From positions 1 to 64,000 of the forward strand of contig CAZVZU010000009.1 in NCBI GenBank assembly GCA_964631685.1: a stretch of DNA of 64,000 nucleotides. The letters run 5' to 3'. Numbering within the stretch: position 1 is the stretch's first letter; each line of letters starts with the position of its first letter. The DNA comes from an uncultured Actinomycetes bacterium (GTDB lineage: Bacteria; SZUA-79; Acidulodesulfobacterales; Acidulodesulfobacteraceae). Below the pieces are notes generated by a model. The model did not search any database, was not told the DNA's origin, and saw only the letters and a list, made by a program, of their open reading frames with translations. A program made the position numbers and the translations under genes. This document shows positions 40,755 through 49,833 of this stretch, one piece after another.

Positions 40755-42101
40755 TTAACCAAAAATGTGCGGAAAAATAACCGTTAATCCGTACAATCCA
40801 TTCATTACTATAAGAAACCCGACTATAACAAAAGCAGATATATTTTGCCATGGTCTGTTAGTGTATTTACCCATTATCTCTTTATCATTCAGTAATAATA
40901 ATAAAAACATCATAGCCGCGGGCATAAAAATTGAGGCTATCACCTGAACGGTTAAATTTAAAAACCCCAGTGGGACATTTGGTATAAGAACTATGCCTCC
41001 TGCAAATATGATACTTATAAGCCCCGGAAGATAAAAATACCAGCCTTTATGTGGCGGAAGATTTATGCTTTTAGGCCATCCGAAGGCCTCGCCCATAGCC
41101 CATGAAGTACTTGCAGAAATTGCTATTGCGGCTATAAGACCAGCCTCTACAAGCCCTAATGCAAATAATTTCATAATGAGAGGACCCATTTTTAATGAAA
41201 TAACGGAAAGAATACTCTGAATATCTAAATTAATAGTATTATTTGTTCCATAAACTATTGAGCCAGTTATTATAATTATTGCGATAGCGACTATTACCAT
41301 GATAAAAGAACCTATAAATGTGTCTATCTGGCCGTCTCTAATATCTTTAACGGTCAACCCTTTATCGACAACAGAAGATTGCTGAAAGAATAGCATCCAC
41401 GGGGCTATAGTCGTTCCCAGATTTGCCAGAACCACGTATATAAAGAGTGATGTTATCCCGCCGGGTATGTGCCATGCGGTAAAACTTTTTCCTATGATTT
41501 CCCAGTGAAGATGCGGAACAAAAAAGACTATCGGAATAAAAATCAAATTAAATGCTGCGATGCTAAGACTAATCCACTCCCACGTAAAATAGCGTAAAAA
41601 AAGCTGAATTGAAGCGATAACTATGATTGCAGTGATTGACGAGATTACAGGCGACACACCAAAAACACCCATGCCTAGCGTGATACCGATAAACTCTGTT
41701 ATTAATGTTAATATGTTTGCTACAACAAGGTCAATGATACTAAATAATCCCCAAAATTTTCCATACCTCTTCCATATCATTTCGGCGTGGCCTCTATGTG
41801 TCACGGCGCCTAATCTCACAGTCATTTCCTGAACAATGTAGGCAACTGGAAGCATTAAAATCATAAATGGAATAAAAAAGCCTATTCCAAATAGAGAGCC
41901 GGTTTGCGCGTATGTTATAACCCCACCCGCATCGTTGTCGGCAATCATAACTAAAATTCCGGGACCTATTAACGCAAGTAACAGGCAAAGCCTAGAAAAG
42001 TAGCCATATTTTTCTCTCATAAGCTGAACCTTAAGACGTTCAACCGCTCTCAGCTTTATGTCAATGGGGAGCTCATCAAGCTTCTTTTTGTAACGCTTCA
42101 A
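40755..42101 (-). CDS. NRAMP-related divalent cation transporter, probably Mg2+ (NRMT type)
   Basis: GPG...DNDAGG..TY, QEM.VRLG, TEF.G, GTTIAPW..FFQQS; TTG start behind GGAGGTG. Confidence 0.9.
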   Translation of the reverse strand: MKRYKKKLDELPIDIKLRAVERLKVQLMREKYGYFSRLCLLLALIGPGILVMIADNDAGGVITYAQTGSLFGIGFFIPFMILMLPVAYIVQEMTVRLGAVTHRGHAEMIWKRYGKFWGLFSIIDLVVANILTLITEFIGITLGMGVFGVSPVISSITAIIVIASIQLFLRYFTWEWISLSIAAFNLIFIPIVFFVPHLHWEIIGKSFTAWHIPGGITSLFIYVVLANLGTTIAPWMLFFQQSSVVDKGLTVKDIRDGQIDTFIGSFIMVIVAIAIIIITGSIVYGTNNTINLDIQSILSVISLKMGPLIMKLFALGLVEAGLIAAIAISASTSWAMGEAFGWPKSINLPPHKGWYFYLPGLISIIFAGGIVLIPNVPLGFLNLTVQVIASIFMPAAMMFLLLLLNDKEIMGKYTNRPWQNISAFVIVGFLIVMNGLYGLTVIFPHIFG

Positions 42102-42357
42102 TTTTCACCTCCGTATTCTAAAAACTACCTTAATAACTCAAGGATATCGTTATATTACATAAACTCGCACTTCATTAGTAATTTTTTAGGAGAAAAAGGA
42201 TTAAAAGAAACAATACTGCGTGGATTTTATGGACTTTTATCTCTTAATATTTTTTCTCTCTTTATTGATAATTTTAGCACCCATATGAAAATGAAAGAGA
42301 GAAATATTAAAAGACAATGCAAGGCATAGCCGGTATGAGATATATATCTTTAATATT

Positions 42358-42456
42358 TCAATTCTTTAAACAATGTGCTAAAATTATCATTCTTTTTTTT
42401 AAGCAATCACCATGATCGCCCACATTACAGCTACTACTGTCAGGTTCACTTCGCAT
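42358..42456 (-). CDS. Putative 32-aa leader peptide MRSEPDSSSCNVGDHGDCLKKRMIILAHCLKN
   Basis: GGAG RBS 6 nt before ATG 42456, downstream of a promoter, 3-prime half overlapping inverted repeats; below the ORF-track cutoff. Confidence 0.7.
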   Translation of the reverse strand: MRSEPDSSSCNVGDHGDCLKKRMIILAHCLKN

Positions 42457-42515
42457 AAATAACTCCAAACTAATATTTTATTTATTTGTTCAATATGAAT
42501 AACAAACGATTTTAG

Positions 42516-42543
42516 ATTATGCTATTTGCTACATCCATGTCAA
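42516..42543 (-). promoter_or_regulatory. Sigma70-type promoter for the leader-transporter transcript
   Basis: TTGACA-16nt-CATAAT. Confidence 0.6.
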
Positions 42544-42605
42544 GCCCAAAATCGCAGATAAAAAACATCAACCCATTTTATACGGACGGTTGACACTTTA
42601 CATTT

Positions 42606-42635
42606 AAGGGACGGGCTCAAATCTGCCCGTCCCTT
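42606..42635. terminator. Strong hairpin downstream of hppA, probable terminator of the sulfur cluster transcript
   Basis: AAGGGACGGGC/GCCCGTCCCTT perfect 11-bp stem; a second hairpin with a U-tract follows on the minus strand (~42560-42594). Confidence 0.7.
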
Positions 42636-42663
42636 TTAATATTTATATCTACTATAATCTATA

Positions 42664-44733
42664 TTAATGCCATAAAAGCAACACTAACGGAACTATCAAA
42701 ATAGTGAAAATATTTACTACCTTTATCATCGGATTAATAGCAGGTCCCGCTGTATCCTTGTACGGATCGCCTACCGTATCACCAGTCACGGCAGCCTTAT
42801 GAGCTTCACTGCCCTTTCCGCCGTACAAACCCTTTTCTATGAGTTTTTTTGCATTATCCCATGCTGCTCCGCCACTTGTCATTGAGATAGCGACAAAAAG
42901 TCCCGATATAATGGTCCCTAATAAGATCCCACCAAGAACCTGGGGCCCAAGTGTTAAACCAAATATTATAGGACCTGCAATTGGAATAAATGCCGGTAAA
43001 ATCATCTCTCTAAGCGATGATTTGGTAACTATATCCACACACTTACCATATTCCGGTTTAGTCTTACCTTCCATAATGCCTGGTATTTCTTTAAATTGCC
43101 TTCTAACTTCATTAACAATATCCCCTGCCGCTTTTCCAACAGCTTTCATTGCAAGAGATGCAAAGAGGTATGGGAACAGCGCTCCGAAGAATAGTCCGAT
43201 TAAAACCCCGGGCTGCGAAATGGAAAATGAAACATGCTTGCCACCTTGTTCGATCAACTGCGCAAATTCTCCGAATAACACGATCGCCGCAAGTGCTGCA
43301 GAACCAATCGCATATCCTTTTGTTACAGCCTTTGTAGTATTTCCTACTGCGTCGAGTGCGTCGGTAGTATCCCTAACTTCTTCAGAGAGTCCGCTCATCT
43401 CTGCAATACCACCGGCGTTATCGGTGATAGGACCAAACGAATCAATTGCTATAATCATCCCAGCCATTGAGAGCATACTGGACACGGCAATAGCAATACC
43501 GTAAAAACCTGCAAGTTTATAAGAAATAAGAATACTAAATGCAATTACTATAGCGGGCAGTGCCGTTGCCATTTGACCAACTGCCAACCCCGCTATAATA
43601 TTCGTTCCATGCCCCGTGGTAGATGCTTTCGCAATCGTTTTGACGGGAGAAAAGTTTGTCGATGTAAAATAATCAGTAATAACTATTATCAACCCTGTTA
43701 AAACAAGACCTACCATAGCTGAATAGAAATAGTTTATAGGTGCATATGTTCCAACACCTTGCATAAAACTCATCGTAAAGAAATAATAAATTATGGCCGA
43801 AAGTACACCCGTAACAATTATGCCCTTGTATAAGCCCTGCATAATTTTCTCTTTGGTTGGTGCGCTCACGAAAAAAACTCCGATTATTGAAGAAAACACT
43901 GCAATGCCTCCAAGAATCAACGGATAAAGAACTGCCTTCATCCACTCATTGTCGCCCTTACCGTGAAAAAGAGAAAATGCTATGAGCATAGACGCTATAA
44001 TGGTAACAGCAAACGTTTCAAACACATCCGCCGCCATTCCGGCACAATCACCTACATTATCACCCACTTGGTCTGCTATAACAGCAGGATTCCGCGGATC
44101 ATCTTCTGGTATGCCCGCCTCAACCTTACCTACTAGATCTGCTCCAACATCCGCCGCTTTAGTATAAATACCGCCGCCCAGTCTCGCAAAGACACTTATA
44201 AGACTACACCCAAAGGCATATCCTATTAATGAATTCATAACACCGTCGATACCCGCTACTGCATAAGCTACCATCGAAAACAGTGATATTCCTAAAACCC
44301 CAAGACCCAATACCATAAGTCCTGTAACCGAGCCTCCTTTAAAGGCAAACTGTAATGCCGGTTTGATGCCCTTTTGGGCTATAGCTGCCGTCCTTACATT
44401 TGCGCGTACCGCATTAAACATCCCCAAATAACCCGCTAGGGCTGACAGGATAGCGCCAAGCAAAAAACCCGATGCTGTTAAAATTCCAAATTGCGGTACC
44501 CAGATTCCTCCTATGAGTATCAATACAAAAATGATTATTCCGACGATAGCAACAGTTTTATACTGTCTGTTAAGAAAGGCAGTAGCGCCTTCCTGGATTG
44601 CTCTCGCAATCTGTTTCATCTTTTCGGAACCCTCATCATGCTTTAGCGCCCATACAGTAATAGTTATGCTGTATATAACCGCCACTATACCGGCAATGAT
44701 CCCGAAAATCATAGTGCCGTAAAAGACATTCAT
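42664..44733 (-). CDS. hppA: Membrane H+-translocating pyrophosphatase, predicted K+-independent
   Basis: [42 protein letters not shown] (Lys variant), [10 protein letters not shown]. Confidence 0.96.
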   Translation of the reverse strand: MNVFYGTMIFGIIAGIVAVIYSITITVWALKHDEGSEKMKQIARAIQEGATAFLNRQYKTVAIVGIIIFVLILIGGIWVPQFGILTASGFLLGAILSALAGYLGMFNAVRANVRTAAIAQKGIKPALQFAFKGGSVTGLMVLGLGVLGISLFSMVAYAVAGIDGVMNSLIGYAFGCSLISVFARLGGGIYTKAADVGADLVGKVEAGIPEDDPRNPAVIADQVGDNVGDCAGMAADVFETFAVTIIASMLIAFSLFHGKGDNEWMKAVLYPLILGGIAVFSSIIGVFFVSAPTKEKIMQGLYKGIIVTGVLSAIIYYFFTMSFMQGVGTYAPINYFYSAMVGLVLTGLIIVITDYFTSTNFSPVKTIAKASTTGHGTNIIAGLAVGQMATALPAIVIAFSILISYKLAGFYGIAIAVSSMLSMAGMIIAIDSFGPITDNAGGIAEMSGLSEEVRDTTDALDAVGNTTKAVTKGYAIGSAALAAIVLFGEFAQLIEQGGKHVSFSISQPGVLIGLFFGALFPYLFASLAMKAVGKAAGDIVNEVRRQFKEIPGIMEGKTKPEYGKCVDIVTKSSLREMILPAFIPIAGPIIFGLTLGPQVLGGILLGTIISGLFVAISMTSGGAAWDNAKKLIEKGLYGGKGSEAHKAAVTGDTVGDPYKDTAGPAINPMIKVVNIFTILIVPLVLLLWH

Positions 44734-44784
44734 AATCAACCCCCTAGTTAAAATTTAATGAGTTTAAAATTAAGCAACTGTTCG

Positions 44785-45948
44785 CTATGCCTTTTCTACT
44801 TTTTTAGCCTTTTCTTTTATGTTTGCAAAATAAATTGCAACAGGCCTATATGCCAGATGTGACCATTTTGAAAATGGAACCTCCACAACCAGCATAGGAA
44901 ATAAAATCAGCAAATGAACCAAATAAATATAAAATATCCATGAGATAGGAAAGTCGTACACGATAACCGCACGCAATATAATTCCTGTAAGAGCGGTTAA
45001 AAAAAGCAGTACAATAAACATCCAGTCAGTATGATGAGAAAACTTACTTCTTTCTATCTTTTTAGTAAATCTTTTGATTATGAAATAAACGGTACCGAAC
45101 AACAGCCCGATGCTCGCAAAATAATCAAATAATATTATATGGAGGAAAGGAAGACTATTTTCGCCCTGAAACCAATCCAAAAATACAACTATTCCAATAA
45201 ATAAAGCAACATAACTTATCATAAGAAAAAGATGAGTCAGCCAGAAATTATACTTTCCTTTTGCAAGTTTTTTGAAAAAGGATTCCTTATCGTCATCACA
45301 TTTGGCATACTTGTATTGTGTAAAAAAGTTAAAAATCAGCGACCATGCCTCAGTAAAATAAAGGCCTATAGGTACCTTTATACTTTTATCGCTCAAAACG
45401 GTCTTGTTGTACATATTAAATATAAAAGACGTAAGAAATGCTCCGAGAAATACAGTCATTGGCCAATCAAAGAAGTAATCTATTTTTTCTGCGGGAACCG
45501 CTTGGCTCAGGGAAACCCCATTCGCTGGCGACAAGCCGAAAAGTATAGCCCACACGATTAATACTACCAATGCAACGATAAATAACGCGATATACTCTGC
45601 ATACTTGGATTTATATAAGAGCTTAGATATTCCCGTCCAGTCGTAAGCGCTTATCATAAAACGTCGAAGCGACATCATTAGCTCGCCCGGCTCAGCCTTT
45701 CTTGGGCAATTTTTAGAACATTCCCCGCAATAGTAGCACAGCCATGGATTTAAATCTCCGACTAATTCGTCCTTTAAACCCCAGCCTGCCAATATCATCT
45801 CTCTTCTGGGAAATGGCCTGTCTTCTGTTGATAGCGGACAAACTGCAGAACAAGTGCCACACTGAAAACATTTCTTAAAATTGCTTTCACCCACATTTTT
45901 TATATAACTGATCAGCTCATTGTCGGGTTTTATACTTTTTTTTTCCAA
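44785..45948 (-). CDS. qmoC: Quinone-interacting membrane-bound oxidoreductase subunit C
   Basis: CFQCGTCSAVCP and CYYCGECSKNCP, followed by TM helices with His ligands and PFSKWSHLAYRP. Confidence 0.93.
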   Translation of the reverse strand: MEKKSIKPDNELISYIKNVGESNFKKCFQCGTCSAVCPLSTEDRPFPRREMILAGWGLKDELVGDLNPWLCYYCGECSKNCPRKAEPGELMMSLRRFMISAYDWTGISKLLYKSKYAEYIALFIVALVVLIVWAILFGLSPANGVSLSQAVPAEKIDYFFDWPMTVFLGAFLTSFIFNMYNKTVLSDKSIKVPIGLYFTEAWSLIFNFFTQYKYAKCDDDKESFFKKLAKGKYNFWLTHLFLMISYVALFIGIVVFLDWFQGENSLPFLHIILFDYFASIGLLFGTVYFIIKRFTKKIERSKFSHHTDWMFIVLLFLTALTGIILRAVIVYDFPISWIFYIYLVHLLILFPMLVVEVPFSKWSHLAYRPVAIYFANIKEKAKKVEKA

Positions 45949-46009
45949 ACCAACCTCCTTTTAATAATCCCTATATTACAGATTGCAACCTGCGTAACTT
46001 TATTTTTCA

Positions 46010-48286
46010 TCAAAAACCCTTATACGGGTTTGGTTCAAACGATTTTATCGTATTCACAAAGTCATCCACGATTCCGGGTAACTTTACATAGTCTGAAAGC
46101 TCAAGTTGAACCTGTTTTACTCTTTCAGGTTCCAATGCAAGCCTGTTTAATGTTTCTTGAAGATTTTCCATCCTATAAGACGCAAGTTCAGAACCCTTAA
46201 TAAAATGACACTGATAGTCATCCCCGTACTTACATCCTAATAACAATATGCCGTCTATGCCTTTAGAAAGGGCGTCTGCATACCATACGCTATTTACAGA
46301 ACCAAGACATCTGACGGGTATAACCCTAATATTTGACGATAATCTTGACTTATTAAGACCTAATATATCAATCGCCGGATAGGCATCATTTTCACATGCA
46401 AATACCAATATCCTGTAATTTTCATCGGATGGTTCTTCTGGAACATAAATGCTTTTTATCATGGAAGCAACGATATCCGGAGAATAATTTTTAAAAGAGA
46501 TAATTCTCACCGGACAAGCACCCATGCAAACACCACATCTTCTACACCTTTCAGGATTCGGCTTAGGCGTCCCTTTTTCATCCTCATCTATGGCCCCGAA
46601 CGGACACTCCTCTGTACACCTCTTGCATTGTGTGCATCTTGATAAATCAAAAACCGGATATGTCATATCGTTTGAACGCGGGTGAACAGCCCTACCCTTT
46701 GACGTCTGTTCAATGCATTGAATTGCCTTTAATGTAGCCCCTCTCGCATCTTCTACGGAAAAAACAGTATCCATTGGCGCCCTTAAGGAGCCAGCAGGAT
46801 ATATTCCTGTTCTTCTTGATTCGTAAGGAAAACAGATAAAGTTAGAGTCCGGAAACCCATAAGCAAGCTCCGGCATCTCTTTGCCTTGTCTGTATTCAAG
46901 ATTCAGTATTCCTTTTCTATTGAGCATAACAGATGAACTGTCCGCCGGAGCTACTGCGCAAGAATCGCCGCCTGACTCCGTTTTTATCTCAATATCAGTA
47001 ATAACATCACCAGAATTCGGAACCATTCCTGCCGCCAATACCAACATGTCGACACTTATATCAACGTCCCCACCAAAAAGAGTATCTTTCACTTTTAGTT
47101 CAATGGCATTATTGCTCTCATTAAACGAGACATCAGAGACTTCCCCTTTTACCAAGAATATACCTTCATCATCCTGCATTTTTCTATAAAAATTTTCGTA
47201 TTCGCCGAGCGTCCTAATATCTTTATAGATTATATAAACATTTGCATCCGGATTATTTTTTCTGAATAATGCCGCTTCCTTAAGCGAAGACATACAGCAT
47301 ACGGTTGAACAATAAGGCAAGTGATTTTCATCTCTTGAACCAGCACACTGTATAAAAGCGACCGATTTCACATCTTTACCATCGGACTTTCTTCTCACTA
47401 TAAAATTTTCATCCTTACCGTCTTTATATAGATCCGAATAGAGCTCTTCAAGTTCCACATTGGTCAGGATATCCGGCGTTAATCCATAACCCAGATAGCC
47501 AAGCTTGTTAGCTTCATATGGCTTCCAGCCTGTGGCAACAACGATTGCCCCGATCTCTTCATTTTTTACGTCCCCAGCCAAAGATTCAATATCTACGCTA
47601 AACCTGCCTGGCGCACCGGAGATATTTTTTACCTTGGAATCCATATAAATCTTTATTTTATTCGAACTCTCAACATCTTTTATGAGTTCATCCATTCCCG
47701 CTTTTATATGAATATTTTTGTCGAACGGAGGCTTTGTTTCCCATGTTTTATATTTTGAGTAGGGGAATCCACCTAAATGTGATCCTTTTTCTACCAGTAC
47801 AACATTATAGCCGGTTCTTGCAGAGTTTATTGCGGAATTAAGCCCTGTTACCCCGCCGCCTACTACCAGAACAGTTTTATTCAGCTCCTGCACAAGAGGC
47901 TCAGGACATTCTGATTTCTTAGCTCTGGCAATACCCATGGAGATGTAATCTTCGGCAAGCATCTGTGTGTTGTCGTCATTTGGAGGGCTCACCCATATTA
48001 CATGTTCTCTGATATTAACCCTTTCGGTATGAATTTTCAGCGGATCAAAATTAAATACATCCTGCTTTGCCCTCATTGAACAAGCTACTATAACCACTTT
48101 ATTAATAGAATTTTCTTCTATGTCTTTTTTGATAAGATTTAAACCCTCTTCCCCGCATAGAAACTCGTTACTAACGCAAACCTGAGGTTTGTAAGAATCT
48201 TTGGCGCCGTTTATTAATTTTTCGACATTAAGACTCTTTCCGATATCGCAACCTGAACAGATATAAACCCCTACATTATTATCCAT
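46010..48286 (-). CDS. qmoB: QmoB (HdrA-like FAD domain, ferredoxin and MvhD-like domain)
   Basis: QCAGSRDENHLPYCS.VCC, DSNFICFPYE, CTQCKRCTEECPFG, CENDAYPA, GCKYGDDYQCHF. Confidence 0.96.
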   Translation of the reverse strand: MDNNVGVYICSGCDIGKSLNVEKLINGAKDSYKPQVCVSNEFLCGEEGLNLIKKDIEENSINKVVIVACSMRAKQDVFNFDPLKIHTERVNIREHVIWVSPPNDDNTQMLAEDYISMGIARAKKSECPEPLVQELNKTVLVVGGGVTGLNSAINSARTGYNVVLVEKGSHLGGFPYSKYKTWETKPPFDKNIHIKAGMDELIKDVESSNKIKIYMDSKVKNISGAPGRFSVDIESLAGDVKNEEIGAIVVATGWKPYEANKLGYLGYGLTPDILTNVELEELYSDLYKDGKDENFIVRRKSDGKDVKSVAFIQCAGSRDENHLPYCSTVCCMSSLKEAALFRKNNPDANVYIIYKDIRTLGEYENFYRKMQDDEGIFLVKGEVSDVSFNESNNAIELKVKDTLFGGDVDISVDMLVLAAGMVPNSGDVITDIEIKTESGGDSCAVAPADSSSVMLNRKGILNLEYRQGKEMPELAYGFPDSNFICFPYESRRTGIYPAGSLRAPMDTVFSVEDARGATLKAIQCIEQTSKGRAVHPRSNDMTYPVFDLSRCTQCKRCTEECPFGAIDEDEKGTPKPNPERCRRCGVCMGACPVRIISFKNYSPDIVASMIKSIYVPEEPSDENYRILVFACENDAYPAIDILGLNKSRLSSNIRVIPVRCLGSVNSVWYADALSKGIDGILLLGCKYGDDYQCHFIKGSELASYRMENLQETLNRLALEPERVKQVQLELSDYVKLPGIVDDFVNTIKSFEPNPYKGF

Positions 48287-48431
48287 TATTACCCCTTTTT
48301 ACAAATAAATCTTTCAATCTTTATAAACCGACCAATACATATCATTAAATAGCGAAAAATTTAAATATTCCAAAAAAATCGCAAACAATTTTTTATTGCT
48401 TAATTGAATCTTAAACTAACAGGCAATAGTA

Positions 48432-49739
48432 CTATCCGTTATTATTCTTATAATCGTACTGCAAAATTGAAAGCGCTGAAGATGTTGCGGACTGACCAGA
48501 CATATAGACATCCAGAGGAAATTTCGCAACACCGGCAGAAAAAATACCGTTTAATTCATCTTGATTAAATATGAAACCGTTCTCATCTACATCTATACTT
48601 ATGTCTTTATCAATCTTTATGTTATGCAAATCATCTTTGATATTTGGCACCATACCGACCGCCAAGACAACCATCTCTGCTTTTACCTTCATTTTTTTTC
48701 CTGAGAGTATATCTTCGACATCGAGTATGAGGTCACCTGTTGATGTTTCTTCTGAAATTTTTCCAACAACACCCTTATTGAACTTTATGTTTTCATCGCT
48801 AATGGCTTTATTGAGAAATTTTTCGTATCTTCCCTGAGTCCTCAAATCGATATAAAAAATGGTCGGATTTGAAGAAGGATTTTTTTCTCTCAGATAGAGA
48901 GCCTGTTTTAATGAAGCCATACAACAGACCGCTGAGCAATAAGGAAGATGGTTTTCGTTTCTAGATCCGGCGCATTGGATAAATGCGACATTACTTACCT
49001 CCTTATTATCGGACGGCCTTGATATTTTACCACTTGTTGGGCCGTTGTCAGATGCCAACCTCTCCATCATTACGTTCGTGATGACATTTTTAAATTTACC
49101 AAAACCTAAATTGTCTAATCTCTCAACTTCATAAGGCTTCCAGCCTGATGCAAAGATAACGCTATCAACCTTAAGTTCAAGAACGTTTTCACTGGCATCA
49201 AGGTTAACTGCACTATATTTACACACATCTACGCATTTTTTGCATGAAGAAAATTTACAATATTTTTCATCTATAGTAAATTTTGATGGAAATGCTGATA
49301 AATTGGGAAGATATATGGCTTTTGTCGAATCCATATCATAGTTGAAATCATTCGGCCTATTTTCAGGACAAACCTTCGTGCATTCGCCACATATAGTACA
49401 ATTGTTGTTTATAAACTGCGGCTTTTGTCGAATCTTAACTACATATCCCGAACCGGCACTATCTTTGCTGATCTCTTCAACCATTGAGGAGACAAAAAAC
49501 TCTATGTTCCCCCCTGCAGACGACTTAATCCGCTTAGTATTTATCTCAAATCCACAAAATGGCGGACACAATTTCGGAAAATACTTGTACATCTGTAACA
49601 CTCTTCCGCCGATATAAGGTTTTTTTTCGATAACATAAACCTTTTTATTCGTTGCCTCGGTAATTTCAAGAGCAGCAGAAACTCCGCTGTGACCTCCACC
49701 GATTATGAGAACCGGGCTTTCGTTATTTGACTCGTTCAA
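48432..49739 (-). CDS. qmoA: QmoA (HdrA-like flavoprotein)
   Basis: IIGGG.SG, KYFPKLCPP.CG.EIN, QCAGSR...YCSAVCC; follows aprA. Confidence 0.96.
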   Translation of the reverse strand: MNESNNESPVLIIGGGHSGVSAALEITEATNKKVYVIEKKPYIGGRVLQMYKYFPKLCPPFCGFEINTKRIKSSAGGNIEFFVSSMVEEISKDSAGSGYVVKIRQKPQFINNNCTICGECTKVCPENRPNDFNYDMDSTKAIYLPNLSAFPSKFTIDEKYCKFSSCKKCVDVCKYSAVNLDASENVLELKVDSVIFASGWKPYEVERLDNLGFGKFKNVITNVMMERLASDNGPTSGKISRPSDNKEVSNVAFIQCAGSRNENHLPYCSAVCCMASLKQALYLREKNPSSNPTIFYIDLRTQGRYEKFLNKAISDENIKFNKGVVGKISEETSTGDLILDVEDILSGKKMKVKAEMVVLAVGMVPNIKDDLHNIKIDKDISIDVDENGFIFNQDELNGIFSAGVAKFPLDVYMSGQSATSSALSILQYDYKNNNG

Positions 49740-49833
49740 CTTTAGATCTCCATTACCATTTTAATTAATTACTACATGCCTATCCATCTTACCTCTCCCC
49801 TTTTTACAAGAGAAAGGCAAGACAAAGGCTATA

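Noticed and set aside
44785..49739. Selenocysteine readthrough in the HdrA-like Qmo subunits
   Set aside because: All three ORFs are full length with Cys at the expected motifs and no in-frame TGA.
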